A stretch of DNA of 64,000 nt from Alphaproteobacteria bacterium (GTDB taxonomy: Bacteria; Pseudomonadota; Alphaproteobacteria; RF32; CAG-239): assembly GCA_045611785.1 (NCBI GenBank), contig JAZKXV010000026.1:20382-84381 (forward strand), in the 5' to 3' direction. Below are positions 10,337-20,365 of the stretch, piece after piece. Position 1 is the stretch's first letter. Each line of letters starts with the position of its first letter. A model generated the notes under the pieces. That model worked only from the letters and a program-made list of their open reading frames with translations, made no database searches and was not told the origin of the DNA. The position numbers and the translations under genes are program-made.

Positions 10337-11467
10337 TTGTCAATTATGAACAAATTACAGCAACTTGCGGAAAATGTTTTGAAAAATTCCGTAAATCTCG
10401 TCCCTGGCGAAAAAGTCTTCATTGATCTCAAAGGTTTAAAAGGGATTCCATTGTTTGAAGCATTTATTGAAGCCACAGTCAAATTAGGAGGTACTCCTTT
10501 TTACTTCTTAAACGACATCAGTTTCACCAATGCAATGCTCAAGCATGCATCAAAAGAACAACTTGAAGAGCATTGCAAAATGCACCTTGAACTCATGAAA
10601 CATATGGATGTATACATTGGGTTCTCCAGCATGGCAAATCCATACGATGCATCAGATGTTTCAGACGAAAATCAAGCTTTGTATGGTGAGTGTTATTCAA
10701 AAGTTCTGCGCTACAGAGTAGATAATACTCGTTGGTGCGTCTTAAGATTTCCAAATGATGTGATGGCCTATGAGGCCGGCATGTCTACCAAGCAATTTAC
10801 AAACTTTTTGCTTGACGCCTGCTTGCTTGATTACTCAAAAATGGAACCAGCCATGAACAAGCTTGCCGAATTGATGAAAAAGACCGATAAAGTAAGAATT
10901 ATCGGACCTGAAACAGACCTTTCTTTTTCCATCAAAGATATCGGCGCAGTTGTGTGTTCAGGACACAGAAACATTCCGGACGGAGAAGTATATTCCGCAC
11001 CGGTAAAAGATTCCATAAATGGCGTTATCCGATTCAATACCTCAAGCCATATGGACGGAAAGAAATTTTCCAACATTAAGCTTTGGTTTGAAAACGGTAA
11101 AATCATCAACTGCGAACATTCAGGCAGCAAAGAAGACCTCGAAAACATTTTTAACAAAGACGCCGGCGCCCGATATGTGGGAGAATTTGCATTGGGGGTA
11201 AACCCTTTCATTACTAAAGATATTTGTAATATCTTGTTTGATGAAAAGATTGCAGGTTCATTGCACATGGCTGTCGGAAATTGTTATAAGACAGCACCAA
11301 ACGGAAACTCTTCAGAAATTCATTGGGATCTGGTTCTGATCCAAACCCCTGAATACGGAGGTGGTCAAATTTACTTTGACGACGTGCTGATTCGAGATAA
11401 CGGCTTATTTGTTGTTGATGAACTAAAATGCCTCAACCCTGCAGAACTAAAAGCATCTGTTAATTAA
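10337..11467 (+). CDS. Aminopeptidase, M29 (AmpS/aminopeptidase T) family
   Basis: NIPDGEVYSAP, ARYVGEFALG, ILFDEKIAGSLHMAVG, IHWDLV; exact start (TTG 10337 or ATG 10346) uncertain. Confidence 0.9.
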   Translation: MSIMNKLQQLAENVLKNSVNLVPGEKVFIDLKGLKGIPLFEAFIEATVKLGGTPFYFLNDISFTNAMLKHASKEQLEEHCKMHLELMKHMDVYIGFSSMANPYDASDVSDENQALYGECYSKVLRYRVDNTRWCVLRFPNDVMAYEAGMSTKQFTNFLLDACLLDYSKMEPAMNKLAELMKKTDKVRIIGPETDLSFSIKDIGAVVCSGHRNIPDGEVYSAPVKDSINGVIRFNTSSHMDGKKFSNIKLWFENGKIINCEHSGSKEDLENIFNKDAGARYVGEFALGVNPFITKDICNILFDEKIAGSLHMAVGNCYKTAPNGNSSEIHWDLVLIQTPEYGGGQIYFDDVLIRDNGLFVVDELKCLNPAELKASVN

Positions 11468-11490
11468 CTAACAAATCAAACATTGAGAAG

Positions 11491-11766
11491 ATGAAAAAAA
11501 TTTTTTGTATTGTAATCGCTGCAGTGGCACTTGTTTGCCTTACCTCATCATGTACTGAAAACCAAAGAGTACGCGAATTTGGAGGTACCATGACTGTAAA
11601 GCTTGAGCCAGGACAAAAGCTTATGATGGCAACATGGAAAGAGAACTCACTCTTCTATCTAACAGAACCGATGGAAGAAAGTTATCAGCCCAAAACAAAA
11701 ACATTCCAAGAAAACTCTTCTTATGGAATGTTGGAAACTAAGGTTATCTTCATAGAAAGTAAGTAA
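11491..11766 (+). CDS. Small lipoprotein, phage/Bacteroidota-like hypothetical family
   Basis: Signal peptide with LTSSC lipobox; CTENQRVREFGGTMTVKLEPGQKL..ATWK pattern recalled from phage/gut-bacterial hypotheticals (not database-verified). Confidence 0.65.
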   Translation: MKKIFCIVIAAVALVCLTSSCTENQRVREFGGTMTVKLEPGQKLMMATWKENSLFYLTEPMEESYQPKTKTFQENSSYGMLETKVIFIESK

Positions 11767-11915
11767 TTTTTTACCCTTTGAATGCAAATTCAAAGGGTTT
11801 TATTTTTGATAAACTAAAAAGTTGTATATGACAATATATGTATTGACGCCCCTAAAAAAATTTTATACGATTACGCCCATATTGTAAAATCTAACAAAAA
11901 AAGAAAGGAAAACAT

Positions 11916-12467
11916 ATGTTACATCCGTGGCACGGTGTTAGTCGTGGTGAAAATCCACCAGAAATTATAACTGCTATAATTGAAGTTCCAAAAGGATCAC
12001 AAACAAAATATGAACTTGATAAATTAAGCGGTTTATTAAAAGTTGATCGTATCTTATATAGTGCCGTACATTATCCGGCAAACTACGGTTTCATCCCTCA
12101 AAGTTATTGCGAAGATAACGACCCTTTAGATATATTGGTACTGTGCCAAGAGTCTGTATTGCCTCTATCTATAATGAGAGTTCGTCCAATTGGGGTTATG
12201 AAAATGGTTGATCAAGGTGAAGCCGATGATAAGATTATTGCCGTTCACGTTGATGACCCTGAATTTGCACATTATCAATCAATTGATGAATTACCCCCGC
12301 ATAGCTTAAAAATCTTAAGACGCTTCTTTGAAGACTATAAACTTCTCGAAAACAAAGAAGTAAAAATTGAAAAATTTTTAGGAGTAAACGAAGCTAAACA
12401 AATTATCCAAAGCGCTTTTAATTTATATGATGAACATAAAGAAAATCTGGCAGGATATGAAAAATAA
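11916..12467 (+). CDS. ppa: Soluble inorganic pyrophosphatase, family I
   Basis: [38 protein letters not shown]. Confidence 0.96.
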   Translation: MLHPWHGVSRGENPPEIITAIIEVPKGSQTKYELDKLSGLLKVDRILYSAVHYPANYGFIPQSYCEDNDPLDILVLCQESVLPLSIMRVRPIGVMKMVDQGEADDKIIAVHVDDPEFAHYQSIDELPPHSLKILRRFFEDYKLLENKEVKIEKFLGVNEAKQIIQSAFNLYDEHKENLAGYEK

Positions 12468-12499
12468 ACCCCATAAAAAATCGCCTTAACGGCGATTTT

Positions 12500-14047
12500 T
12501 TAATTAGACTTACCTTTTCTTTCCGCCAAGACCTTAAAAACTCCAAAATTTTCAGGCACTACATTGTCTTTATATTTATTCCATTCAGATTTCAATATAC
12601 TATGATTCACCAGCGGATTTCTTTGCTCTATAGCCAACTTTCTTCCGTTGTCAATCATCCTCTTAACAAAAGGTTCTATACCTTTAGAACATTTATTTAC
12701 AAGGTCGATTACATCAGGAACATCATTAACATTTGAATACCAAAATCTACCTATATTTTTCATCAATTCTGCCTGTTTATATCCAACGCTTGTAAGCTTT
12801 TCTTTTAATGTTGTCCAAAATGCAGAATTATGTTCTCCACTACCAACAAGAACCTTATCAAAAATCATCAACGCTTCATTTTTCTTCAATGGCACAACAG
12901 CCGCTTTTGTCCCTTTTTTTGCTTTATATTTTTCATGAGATGCCAAAAAGACAGGATAACCTGCTGAATAACGTGTCTCATATTCCGGTTCAAATTGACC
13001 ATCTGTAACAGAATATCTGTGAATAGCTGTAAAACCGAGTTGATCATTAAATTCTCTTTGAGAGTTATTTGTAACACAAATTACTTGCTTAAGTGCTTTA
13101 TTTATTTCTTTTTCAGAATATTTTAATTTTGCCATTGTTTCTTTAAGCACATCAGAAATTATAGTTAAATCATTTGCTCCGTAGCAATGAGCCTGAATTA
13201 TAATATTTCTGAAATTTTGATACAACTGTTCTTTTGAATATCTTTCAAATTTACCATCTTTTACAGATGCCATAAAGGGCATAAATTTTTGTAAAATTTC
13301 CCTTTTATAATCTTTTTTCATTCTATCCTTAGTTGTTGTATCTTTTTTCACCAAGCTCATTATTCCTGCCATATAAGCACTTGGCCTGTAACAAGAGCAC
13401 AATTGCATATTATCCAGCTGCTCTTGAGATAACCCTAACACATTTGCAAATGCATTAATATTACCATTGGCTTCACGAGGCTCTCTGGTTTGGTCACCAC
13501 CTAAACATAAAAGTGTTTTTTTACTCGGATCAAGCGCACCCGTTTCAGTCCAATGATTTTCAGCTGTTTTAGATTTCATACCTATACGATAATAAGAGAA
13601 AAACTCGGGATTAATACTTAATATTCCATCCTTAAATTCATATTGCAATCGACCATCTTTAAACAAAGCAATTTCATAATCTTTTTCACGTTTATTGTAT
13701 AAATTGCCATTATCATAGTAACTTTCGTAAGTTTTATCAGGCCTTTCAATTGATGAAACAGCCCCATTATCATGGTATCTAACTATAGTTTTATCAGGCT
13801 TAATTTCTCTGTCAATTATATCAGATTGATATTTATAGACACGATAAGTGCCATCTGATGTTTCTTCTATTGTTTTATATCCTTGAGCACTATAAACCTC
13901 ATAACTGCCATCAGGATTTATATATTTACGTGTTGATACCATACCCTTTATATACATGGTTTCAAGCATTCTTCCATCTTCTAAAACCTGAATTTCCGGC
14001 CTACGTAAATCACTCTCTAAAGCATTTGATTCATCAGATTGATTCAT
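12500..14047 (-). CDS. Hypothetical protein: MORN/YwqK-like repeats plus possible alpha/beta-hydrolase-like domain
   Basis: N-terminal YHDNG/YYDNG/FKDG repeats; LLCLGGD and IIIQAHCYGA resembling a nucleophile elbow. Confidence 0.5.
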   Translation of the reverse strand: MNQSDESNALESDLRRPEIQVLEDGRMLETMYIKGMVSTRKYINPDGSYEVYSAQGYKTIEETSDGTYRVYKYQSDIIDREIKPDKTIVRYHDNGAVSSIERPDKTYESYYDNGNLYNKREKDYEIALFKDGRLQYEFKDGILSINPEFFSYYRIGMKSKTAENHWTETGALDPSKKTLLCLGGDQTREPREANGNINAFANVLGLSQEQLDNMQLCSCYRPSAYMAGIMSLVKKDTTTKDRMKKDYKREILQKFMPFMASVKDGKFERYSKEQLYQNFRNIIIQAHCYGANDLTIISDVLKETMAKLKYSEKEINKALKQVICVTNNSQREFNDQLGFTAIHRYSVTDGQFEPEYETRYSAGYPVFLASHEKYKAKKGTKAAVVPLKKNEALMIFDKVLVGSGEHNSAFWTTLKEKLTSVGYKQAELMKNIGRFWYSNVNDVPDVIDLVNKCSKGIEPFVKRMIDNGRKLAIEQRNPLVNHSILKSEWNKYKDNVVPENFGVFKVLAERKGKSN

Positions 14048-14184
14048 TTTATTCTCCTATTCACTCATATTACCAAACAAAGACGTTTTTGTCAATATAC
14101 AAGATGTTTAGTTATCTTAACCATATCTTTAGATATATAATGTATTATGGATAACTGGTTTAATATTATTTACAGGAGACACGA

Positions 14185-15513
14185 ATGGTTAAATTTGTAG
14201 TTTTCGGGCTAGGAATGGTCGGTAAATCATTTTTAAATATTGTTAAAAAAGAGAACATATTTGATGCTGATAATTGGTATGTAATTGATAAAAATCCTAG
14301 TGCTGAAAATGACTTTCTAAATATTGGTGGTAAAAAATCAAATTTTATAATAGCAGATATTGAATACAATAATTACGATGCTATTTTTTCTATATTAGAA
14401 AAAGGAGATTATCTGTTAGATTTAAGTTCTTCTCAAACTAACACTGATTTTTTAAGTATCTGCATGGATAAAGAGATACATTATTTATCTACAAGCTCAC
14501 TACCCTATGAAGAAAAAGCCGGTTCTGTTCCTGATTATCATGATTTTTGCGTTTACAAAAAATTAAAAGAAAAAAATAATCCTAACGGTCCTACTTCGGT
14601 TATTGAATTTGGCATGAATCCGGGAATGGTATCATGCTTTACAAAACAATGCATTAAAGAAATAGTAAAGCATGACAACCATGATTTTGTTGTAAAAAAT
14701 CGCGAAATTTTACAAAATTTAATTAATAATAACGAGTATGCAAAAGTTGCACAAATGCTCGAAATAGAAATTATACATGTATCAGATATTGATACTACCA
14801 AAACAAATTTTGCACCACAAAACAAATGCGTATATTCTACATGGAATATCGAAGCTTTTGCTGATGAAACACTCGGTAAAAGCGAGTTTTCATTAGGCAC
14901 CGGTATAAACCATAAAATTTTCGGAAATGAAGTTAATATTTTCAACGAACAAGACGGATATTTGCTTTTAAATACAATTCCGGTTGAATGTATCGATCAA
15001 TCATATTCTCCTTGGGGAAGTTTTAACGGCTGCATTGTACCACATGAAGAAATATATTCCATTGCAGACTTCTTAAGCGTGTATAAAGATAACAAGTTAG
15101 AATATAAGCCATCTGTATACTTTGTTTACAAGCCATCTGATATAGCCTTAAATTCGCTTATTGAAGCCCACAAATGCAATTTTGAAAACTTCACCGAACA
15201 TATGATACAACCTGAAGATATTGCTGAAGGAGGAGAAGCTGTTGGTATTGTTATTGATGGTAAAAACTTCACTACACGCTATTTCGGCAACAAACTCGTA
15301 GCACCTATTGAAAATGAAACCCCAACAATTTTACAAGTTTCTGCATCTGCATATAGCGCATTTAGATATATGTTAGATAATCCAAACAAAGGATTTTTAT
15401 TTCCTGAAGAAGTCGATGATGAAAAAGTTATCGAATATGCTAAAGTATGCTTAAATGAATACGATAGTTTTGAATGTCCTAAACTTGAAAGGCCATTATT
15501 CAATCGAAAATAA
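14185..15513 (+). CDS. hss: Homospermidine synthase family protein
   Basis: Rossmann GLGMVG, IEFGMNPGMVSCF, IHVSDIDT, STWNIEAF..E, VPHEE. Confidence 0.8.
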   Translation: MVKFVVFGLGMVGKSFLNIVKKENIFDADNWYVIDKNPSAENDFLNIGGKKSNFIIADIEYNNYDAIFSILEKGDYLLDLSSSQTNTDFLSICMDKEIHYLSTSSLPYEEKAGSVPDYHDFCVYKKLKEKNNPNGPTSVIEFGMNPGMVSCFTKQCIKEIVKHDNHDFVVKNREILQNLINNNEYAKVAQMLEIEIIHVSDIDTTKTNFAPQNKCVYSTWNIEAFADETLGKSEFSLGTGINHKIFGNEVNIFNEQDGYLLLNTIPVECIDQSYSPWGSFNGCIVPHEEIYSIADFLSVYKDNKLEYKPSVYFVYKPSDIALNSLIEAHKCNFENFTEHMIQPEDIAEGGEAVGIVIDGKNFTTRYFGNKLVAPIENETPTILQVSASAYSAFRYMLDNPNKGFLFPEEVDDEKVIEYAKVCLNEYDSFECPKLERPLFNRK

Positions 15514-15660
15514 TATAATTAATATTCTTGAAAATAATAAGCTCAGATACACATTGTCTGAGCTTATTATTTTATCAAAATATGCTTTACTTTTATTTTT
15601 TTATTTATATAATTTTGCTCATAAATTTATTATTCTCTAAATTCTTAATATTAAATAATT

Positions 15661-16068
15661 ATGAAAACTCAAAAATTAATTTGCAAAACGTTAATTACGT
15701 TTTTTGTTGCGATGTCCTTTCTGATGTTTATATCGGCTATTATTGCCTTTTTTATCAGTCCTGAACACACTAACCTACTCTTAATCGGATTCTGTATTTC
15801 TTCAGTTGTATATGCCTTCCTTGATGTTTGGCTAGACTACATTAAAGATGAAGAAAACCCTTTAAGCATTGCTAAACAAAAAGATGCTCTTGACTATATT
15901 TATTGCCACAAATCTGGCTCAAAGCAAGAATTTGTCTCAAAATATAGCGATAAATTGTACCAACATTTTTTGCTACAAGGGTACATTATGCAATTTAGGT
16001 TTAAATCTGCAGACACTTGGGAAATAAGTTTAAAAGGACAAAAAAAGAAAGAAAAACTACAAAACTAA
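15661..16068 (+). CDS. Hypothetical membrane protein (2 N-terminal TM helices)
   Basis: Two hydrophobic segments; followed by a bidirectional hairpin terminator. Confidence 0.6.
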   Translation: MKTQKLICKTLITFFVAMSFLMFISAIIAFFISPEHTNLLLIGFCISSVVYAFLDVWLDYIKDEENPLSIAKQKDALDYIYCHKSGSKQEFVSKYSDKLYQHFLLQGYIMQFRFKSADTWEISLKGQKKKEKLQN

Positions 16069-16133
16069 TCTAAAATAAAAAAACACCGAATAAATCGGTG
16101 TTTTTTTATTTTATCATTTAGTAAACACAGCAA

Positions 16134-16541
16134 CTACTTAACATAGGTTGTCATATGGCTTATAATTGCTGCTTCTTGTTGCTTGATTTTAACACTTCCA
16201 CGAATAATATTTTTTAACTCAGGAATATTATTTGATTTAAACATATAAAAATCGCGCTCTTGTCCAGCTGAGTTTAATTTTTCTTTACTCAAATAAATAT
16301 TTAAATCTTGCATAATTTTTTCAAAATCTTCTTTTTTATTTTCTTTTACTCTAAAAGCACAATATTCCTCTGTATCTTTACGACCGATATTAGGATTTCC
16401 AGCTTGTCCGTCTACAACTCTATCCACATAGCCATAATCAATTACAGAATCAAAAATTGCGTCCATATGCTTAGAATATTTTGCATAAGAAAAACTATCA
16501 TCAATAAAATTTTGTTTTCGTAATTTTTCTTTAGCTCCCAT
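16134..16541 (-). CDS. Hypothetical protein
   Basis: ORF track 16134-16586; start moved to MGAKEK because a TTTACA-17-TACATT promoter overlaps the longer start. Confidence 0.55.
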   Translation of the reverse strand: MGAKEKLRKQNFIDDSFSYAKYSKHMDAIFDSVIDYGYVDRVVDGQAGNPNIGRKDTEEYCAFRVKENKKEDFEKIMQDLNIYLSKEKLNSAGQERDFYMFKSNNIPELKNIIRGSVKIKQQEAAIISHMTTYVK

Positions 16542-16664
16542 TTTTTTACCTTTCATAATAAGCTTAAACTTAGACAAATGTAGCATATACCAATACTTTT
16601 GTAAAGCATTAATTTTTGACCTATAATATCTATTGCAAAAAATTAAAAAGAACTTACCATTAAA

Positions 16665-16772
16665 TCCGATGTTATTTGGGAAATAACATCTTTTGGTTGT
16701 AAGAAAAAAGAAGAGCTTGCACAGACTTATTAGAAAAACCGACCACCGCTTAATCCGGTGGTTGTTTTTTTC
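16665..16772 (+). ncRNA. Candidate ~105-nt small RNA
   Basis: TTGCAA-16-TACCAT promoter, 10-bp 5' hairpin gatgttattt/aaataacatc, GC-rich terminator accaccg/cggtggt plus T run, no ORF. Confidence 0.5.
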
Positions 16773-16949
16773 TAAAACATTACATTTTAAAAAATATATC
16801 TTGACAAACTAATACTTAATATGTACATTGAAATTGTTCGGGTACTCGAGGGCAATGGGTACGAACATTAACGACGTGGCCGGTCATCATATTAAAATTA
16901 TATATTTTAAATGTTTGATGAGTTGGCCTTTCTAATGAAAGGTTTTTTT

Positions 16950-17480
16950 ATGTTTAAATATCAACATGGATTTTGCATAATTCGCTGTCAACCATTTCAT
17001 ATCGGACATGACAGATTAATTAAAAAAATGATGGAAGAATGTGCTTTCGGCACAATTTTAATCGGTTCTGCACAAGAAAGCGGAACTGAAAAAAATCCGT
17101 TACCATATTTTACACGTAAAAAAATGATACAAAATGTATGGCGAAAACACCCCGCATATGAACGTTTAAGAATTGTTGCTCTTAAAGATATAAACCATGT
17201 CTTATGGAATGTTCATGTATTAGAAACAATTAAAAAAGAACAATCTGACAAACCTAAACCGGATATTATTTATGTAGGTGATGAAGGTGAATATTCTGTT
17301 TTTGCCAACGATGTGCCAAATGTCGGAATTTGTTCTCGAACAACACAAAGCTTTCCATTTTTATCAGGGAATATGGTTCGAGATATGATAAATTTGAAAG
17401 ATATCAGATATAAAAATTTTGTTCATCAGGAAAACTTAGATTTAATCCAAAAAAGTTTTTATGAAGAAGAAAAAATATAA
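16950..17480 (+). CDS. Nicotinamide-nucleotide adenylyltransferase-like (NadM/NadR NTase domain; HIGH superfamily)
   Basis: RCQPFHIGH, IGSAQESGTEKNPL..R, LSGNMVR; no kinase domain. Confidence 0.8.
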   Translation: MFKYQHGFCIIRCQPFHIGHDRLIKKMMEECAFGTILIGSAQESGTEKNPLPYFTRKKMIQNVWRKHPAYERLRIVALKDINHVLWNVHVLETIKKEQSDKPKPDIIYVGDEGEYSVFANDVPNVGICSRTTQSFPFLSGNMVRDMINLKDIRYKNFVHQENLDLIQKSFYEEEKI

Positions 17481-17481
17481 T

Positions 17482-17574
17482 AGAAACTGCGGTTAGTTTC
17501 TTGATTGATTTGGGTCTTGTAGGGACAGTCGAGACAAATCAATAATTAATAACCTACTGTCGAGGAGAAAAAAC
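17482..17574 (+). promoter_or_regulatory. Structured intercistronic RNA, possible pseudoknot sequestering the SD
   Basis: attgatttg..gtct/agacaaatcaat stem; loop gtagg and gacagt complementary to cctac and actgtc adjacent to SD gaggag. Confidence 0.45.
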
Positions 17575-18768
17575 ATGACTAAACATAGTCAAAACATTCG
17601 TTATGTCGGAACTTGTGCTTTTGGTATCAGAATGCCAATTATTACCCAAGGAGCTGACATTGAAAACATAATTTCTGATACAATCATTGACGCCACAAAA
17701 ACAAAATATCAACCATTAAGTATACATAATGGTGATATAATCGGCATTACGGAATCTTTTTTAGCCAGAGCACAAGGTAACTATATTACTCTTGATGATA
17801 TAGCTCAAGATGTTGCGAAAAAATTTCCATCAGGAGATATTGGCGTAGCTTTCCCTATTTTATCTCGCAACAGATTTGCTAAAATTTTAGAAGGAATTGC
17901 AAAAGGTACAAAAGGCAAAGTATATGTTTTCTTATCTTATCCTGCAGATGAAGTCGGAAATGCAATAATGTATGAAGATGACTTATTTAATTCTGATATA
18001 AACCCATATACAGACATTATTACCAAAGACGATTTCCGTAAAAAATTTGGAACTTTTCATCACCCCATTACAGGTTCTGATCACATACAAATGTATGAAA
18101 ACATTTCAGATAACATCGAAGTGATCCTGCTAAATAATCCTAAAGATATCTTAAAGTTTACCAATCAGGTTATTGTTGCCAGCATACATATACGCAACAG
18201 ACAAAAGCAAATTTTAACCAAACTAGGAGCAAATGTTTGTACATTAGATGAAATCTGCAACACTCCAAGCAAAACTAGAGGTTGGAGTGAATATGGCGTT
18301 TTAGGTTCTAATTATGCTGATAAAAACAGCTTAAAATTATTTCCGAGAGATTCTATGAGTTTTTGCGCTAATTTGCAAAAAATATTAAAAGAAAAAACAG
18401 GTAAACACATTGAAGTATTGATATACGGAGATGGCGGTTTTAAATGTCCGAAAACAAAAATTTGGGAATTTGCAGATCCTGTAGTTTCTCCAGGATATAC
18501 CAATGGTCTGGAAGGCATGCCAAATGAAATTAAAATTAAAGCTGTTGCCGATAATAATAAAGAAAATCCTGAAGAAGCCATAAAACAAGCTATTAATAAT
18601 AAAAAGAAAAACAACGGATTTTACTCAATCGGCACCACGCCTCGTCAAATAACCGATTTATTGGGTTCTTTATGCGACCTGATAACCGGTTCAGGAGACA
18701 AAGGAACACCTGTTGTCTACATAAAAGGATATTTCGATAACTACTTAACCTCAGCACCTACAGAATAA
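17575..18768 (+). CDS. Coenzyme F420-0:L-glutamate ligase-like (CofE family, bacterial long type)
   Basis: GIRMPII..G.D, DIIGITESFLARAQGN, GTTPRQITDLLGSLCDLITGSGDKGTPVVYI. Confidence 0.8.
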   Translation: MTKHSQNIRYVGTCAFGIRMPIITQGADIENIISDTIIDATKTKYQPLSIHNGDIIGITESFLARAQGNYITLDDIAQDVAKKFPSGDIGVAFPILSRNRFAKILEGIAKGTKGKVYVFLSYPADEVGNAIMYEDDLFNSDINPYTDIITKDDFRKKFGTFHHPITGSDHIQMYENISDNIEVILLNNPKDILKFTNQVIVASIHIRNRQKQILTKLGANVCTLDEICNTPSKTRGWSEYGVLGSNYADKNSLKLFPRDSMSFCANLQKILKEKTGKHIEVLIYGDGGFKCPKTKIWEFADPVVSPGYTNGLEGMPNEIKIKAVADNNKENPEEAIKQAINNKKKNNGFYSIGTTPRQITDLLGSLCDLITGSGDKGTPVVYIKGYFDNYLTSAPTE

Positions 18769-18778
18769 GGAACTTGTT

Positions 18779-19294
18779 ATGAGTTTAGAATTAAAAAAAA
18801 GATTTAATAAAATCTTATATACCTTAAAGCATAAAAAAGCATTTTTACAAGTTGAAAAACAGCTAAGAGGGAAAAACACCTGGAGAGGTTATTTACACGA
18901 CGCTGACAAGCCTTTTTTATACATGGCTCTATGGATAAAATTTGAAAACATTCAAAAAATTCATAGAAAAAACAACAGGCATCATGTCAGAAACAATCTA
19001 TCAAAAACAAAGGAAGATTTGTTAGATACAATCATAGATTGGGAATGCGCAAAAATAACCAAACCGGATAAGCCACTTAATGCATATGAAACGCTTATGA
19101 AATATTATCCTGATAAACAAGAAGACTTCTTACCTCTTATCAGAGAATATTTACCGCAACAAATAAAAGATGCCTGCAGAAAACATCAGTTTGAATACAA
19201 AACCAGACACCTTAGATTTGAAAACCATAAAACAAGTTGCAGAATAAACTTATCTGCATTGAATGTTTTTAATCAAAAAAATTTGGGGAGATAA
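18779..19294 (+). CDS. Histidine-rich HD-like hypothetical (DUF5662-like, phage-associated)
   Basis: HKKAF, LHDADKP, HRKNNRHH, IIDWECA. Confidence 0.55.
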   Translation: MSLELKKRFNKILYTLKHKKAFLQVEKQLRGKNTWRGYLHDADKPFLYMALWIKFENIQKIHRKNNRHHVRNNLSKTKEDLLDTIIDWECAKITKPDKPLNAYETLMKYYPDKQEDFLPLIREYLPQQIKDACRKHQFEYKTRHLRFENHKTSCRINLSALNVFNQKNLGR

Positions 19295-19298
19295 AGTT

Positions 19299-19886
19299 GT
19301 GCTGACATTTGAAATTTGGGCAACAATTTTCGGATTGTTGCAAGGTATTCTTGTGCTCTTAAATAACAAATACAATTGGCTGTTTTACATAGCGCAAATC
19401 GGATGTTTAATTGTATTTTCATATTTCAACAAACTATATGCAGACACATTGTGTAACATCATTTACTTAATGTTCGGCATACGAGGATGGATATTATGGA
19501 ACAAAAATAATGCCGTTAAAATCAGCAATTGTTCATTAAAAGAAAAAATTATGTATTCATCCATAATTTGTATCGGTGCATTTTTAATAAATATGGCCTT
19601 AAAAATTACTCCTGACCCATTACCCTTAATTGATGCTGTAACTACATCTTCATCTTTAGTTGCAACATATTATATGGTTAAGAAAAAGTTAGATACATGG
19701 ATAATTTGGTTCATTAATGACATTTGCTACATAATTGAATATTCAATACTGCAAGAACCGGCTTATTATTTGATATCACTGAATACAATCTGGAGCATAA
19801 TGTCTATTATTTCATACTTTAACTGGCGTCGTATTATGAAAGGAGAAAAATATGAAAAAAATATATTTTGCCGGAAAATTCAATAA
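19299..19886 (+). CDS. PnuC-family nucleoside/vitamin transporter
   Basis: Multi-TM; NWLFY, YAD...YL.FGIRGW..W, DAVTTSSSLVATY.M.KK...WIIWFIND; GTG start 8 nt after SD ggggag. Confidence 0.88.
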   Translation: MLTFEIWATIFGLLQGILVLLNNKYNWLFYIAQIGCLIVFSYFNKLYADTLCNIIYLMFGIRGWILWNKNNAVKISNCSLKEKIMYSSIICIGAFLINMALKITPDPLPLIDAVTTSSSLVATYYMVKKKLDTWIIWFINDICYIIEYSILQEPAYYLISLNTIWSIMSIISYFNWRRIMKGEKYEKNIFCRKIQ

Positions 19887-20364
19887 ATCTGAAACACGCC
19901 TAAACTCATTAGAAGGAATGCTAAGAAACGATTATCGTTCACAACTTCTTGGAGATGCAAATTTACTGACGTATTATCAAAAAAACTTAATTATAAACAA
20001 TAAGTTTGAATATATCGGGCCTTTTTATTGCGAACAAGCCTCCAACGGCGATTATACATCAACAGACTGCAAAACCGTACTAAACGCAGAATACAATTTA
20101 ATAAAAAACAGCGATATTTTTGTCGTCGTACTTGGTGAAAGTTTCTCTGTCGGTTCAATAGTCGAGCTTGGATGGGCTTTGCAAGAAAACAAACAAATCA
20201 TAATCTTATATCAAGAAGAAAAATCAGTATATACTATTGCATCAGAATATTGGTTTGCAATTGCCGATGCAATAAATAGATCAAATAACTTATCTGTATT
20301 AAAATATAACAATACAAAAGAAATTGTAAAATTAATTAATCAAGCACTTGAGAAGGAATTATAA
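19852..20364 (+). CDS. Nucleoside 2-deoxyribosyltransferase / N-glycosidase-like protein
   Basis: KIYFAGKF, IKNSDIFVVV, SVGSIVELGWA...K.III (NDT/RCL-type signature). Confidence 0.75.
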   Translation: MKKIYFAGKFNKSETRLNSLEGMLRNDYRSQLLGDANLLTYYQKNLIINNKFEYIGPFYCEQASNGDYTSTDCKTVLNAEYNLIKNSDIFVVVLGESFSVGSIVELGWALQENKQIIILYQEEKSVYTIASEYWFAIADAINRSNNLSVLKYNNTKEIVKLINQALEKEL

Positions 20365-20365
20365 A

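Noticed and set aside
17482-17574. NAD+-I (nadA) or NAD+-II (pnuC) riboswitch assignment
   Set aside because: Only the GTAGG/ACCTACTG helix resembles NAD+-I; the adjacent conserved internal-loop sequence is absent and the NAD+-II pattern does not fit. Left as unclassified.
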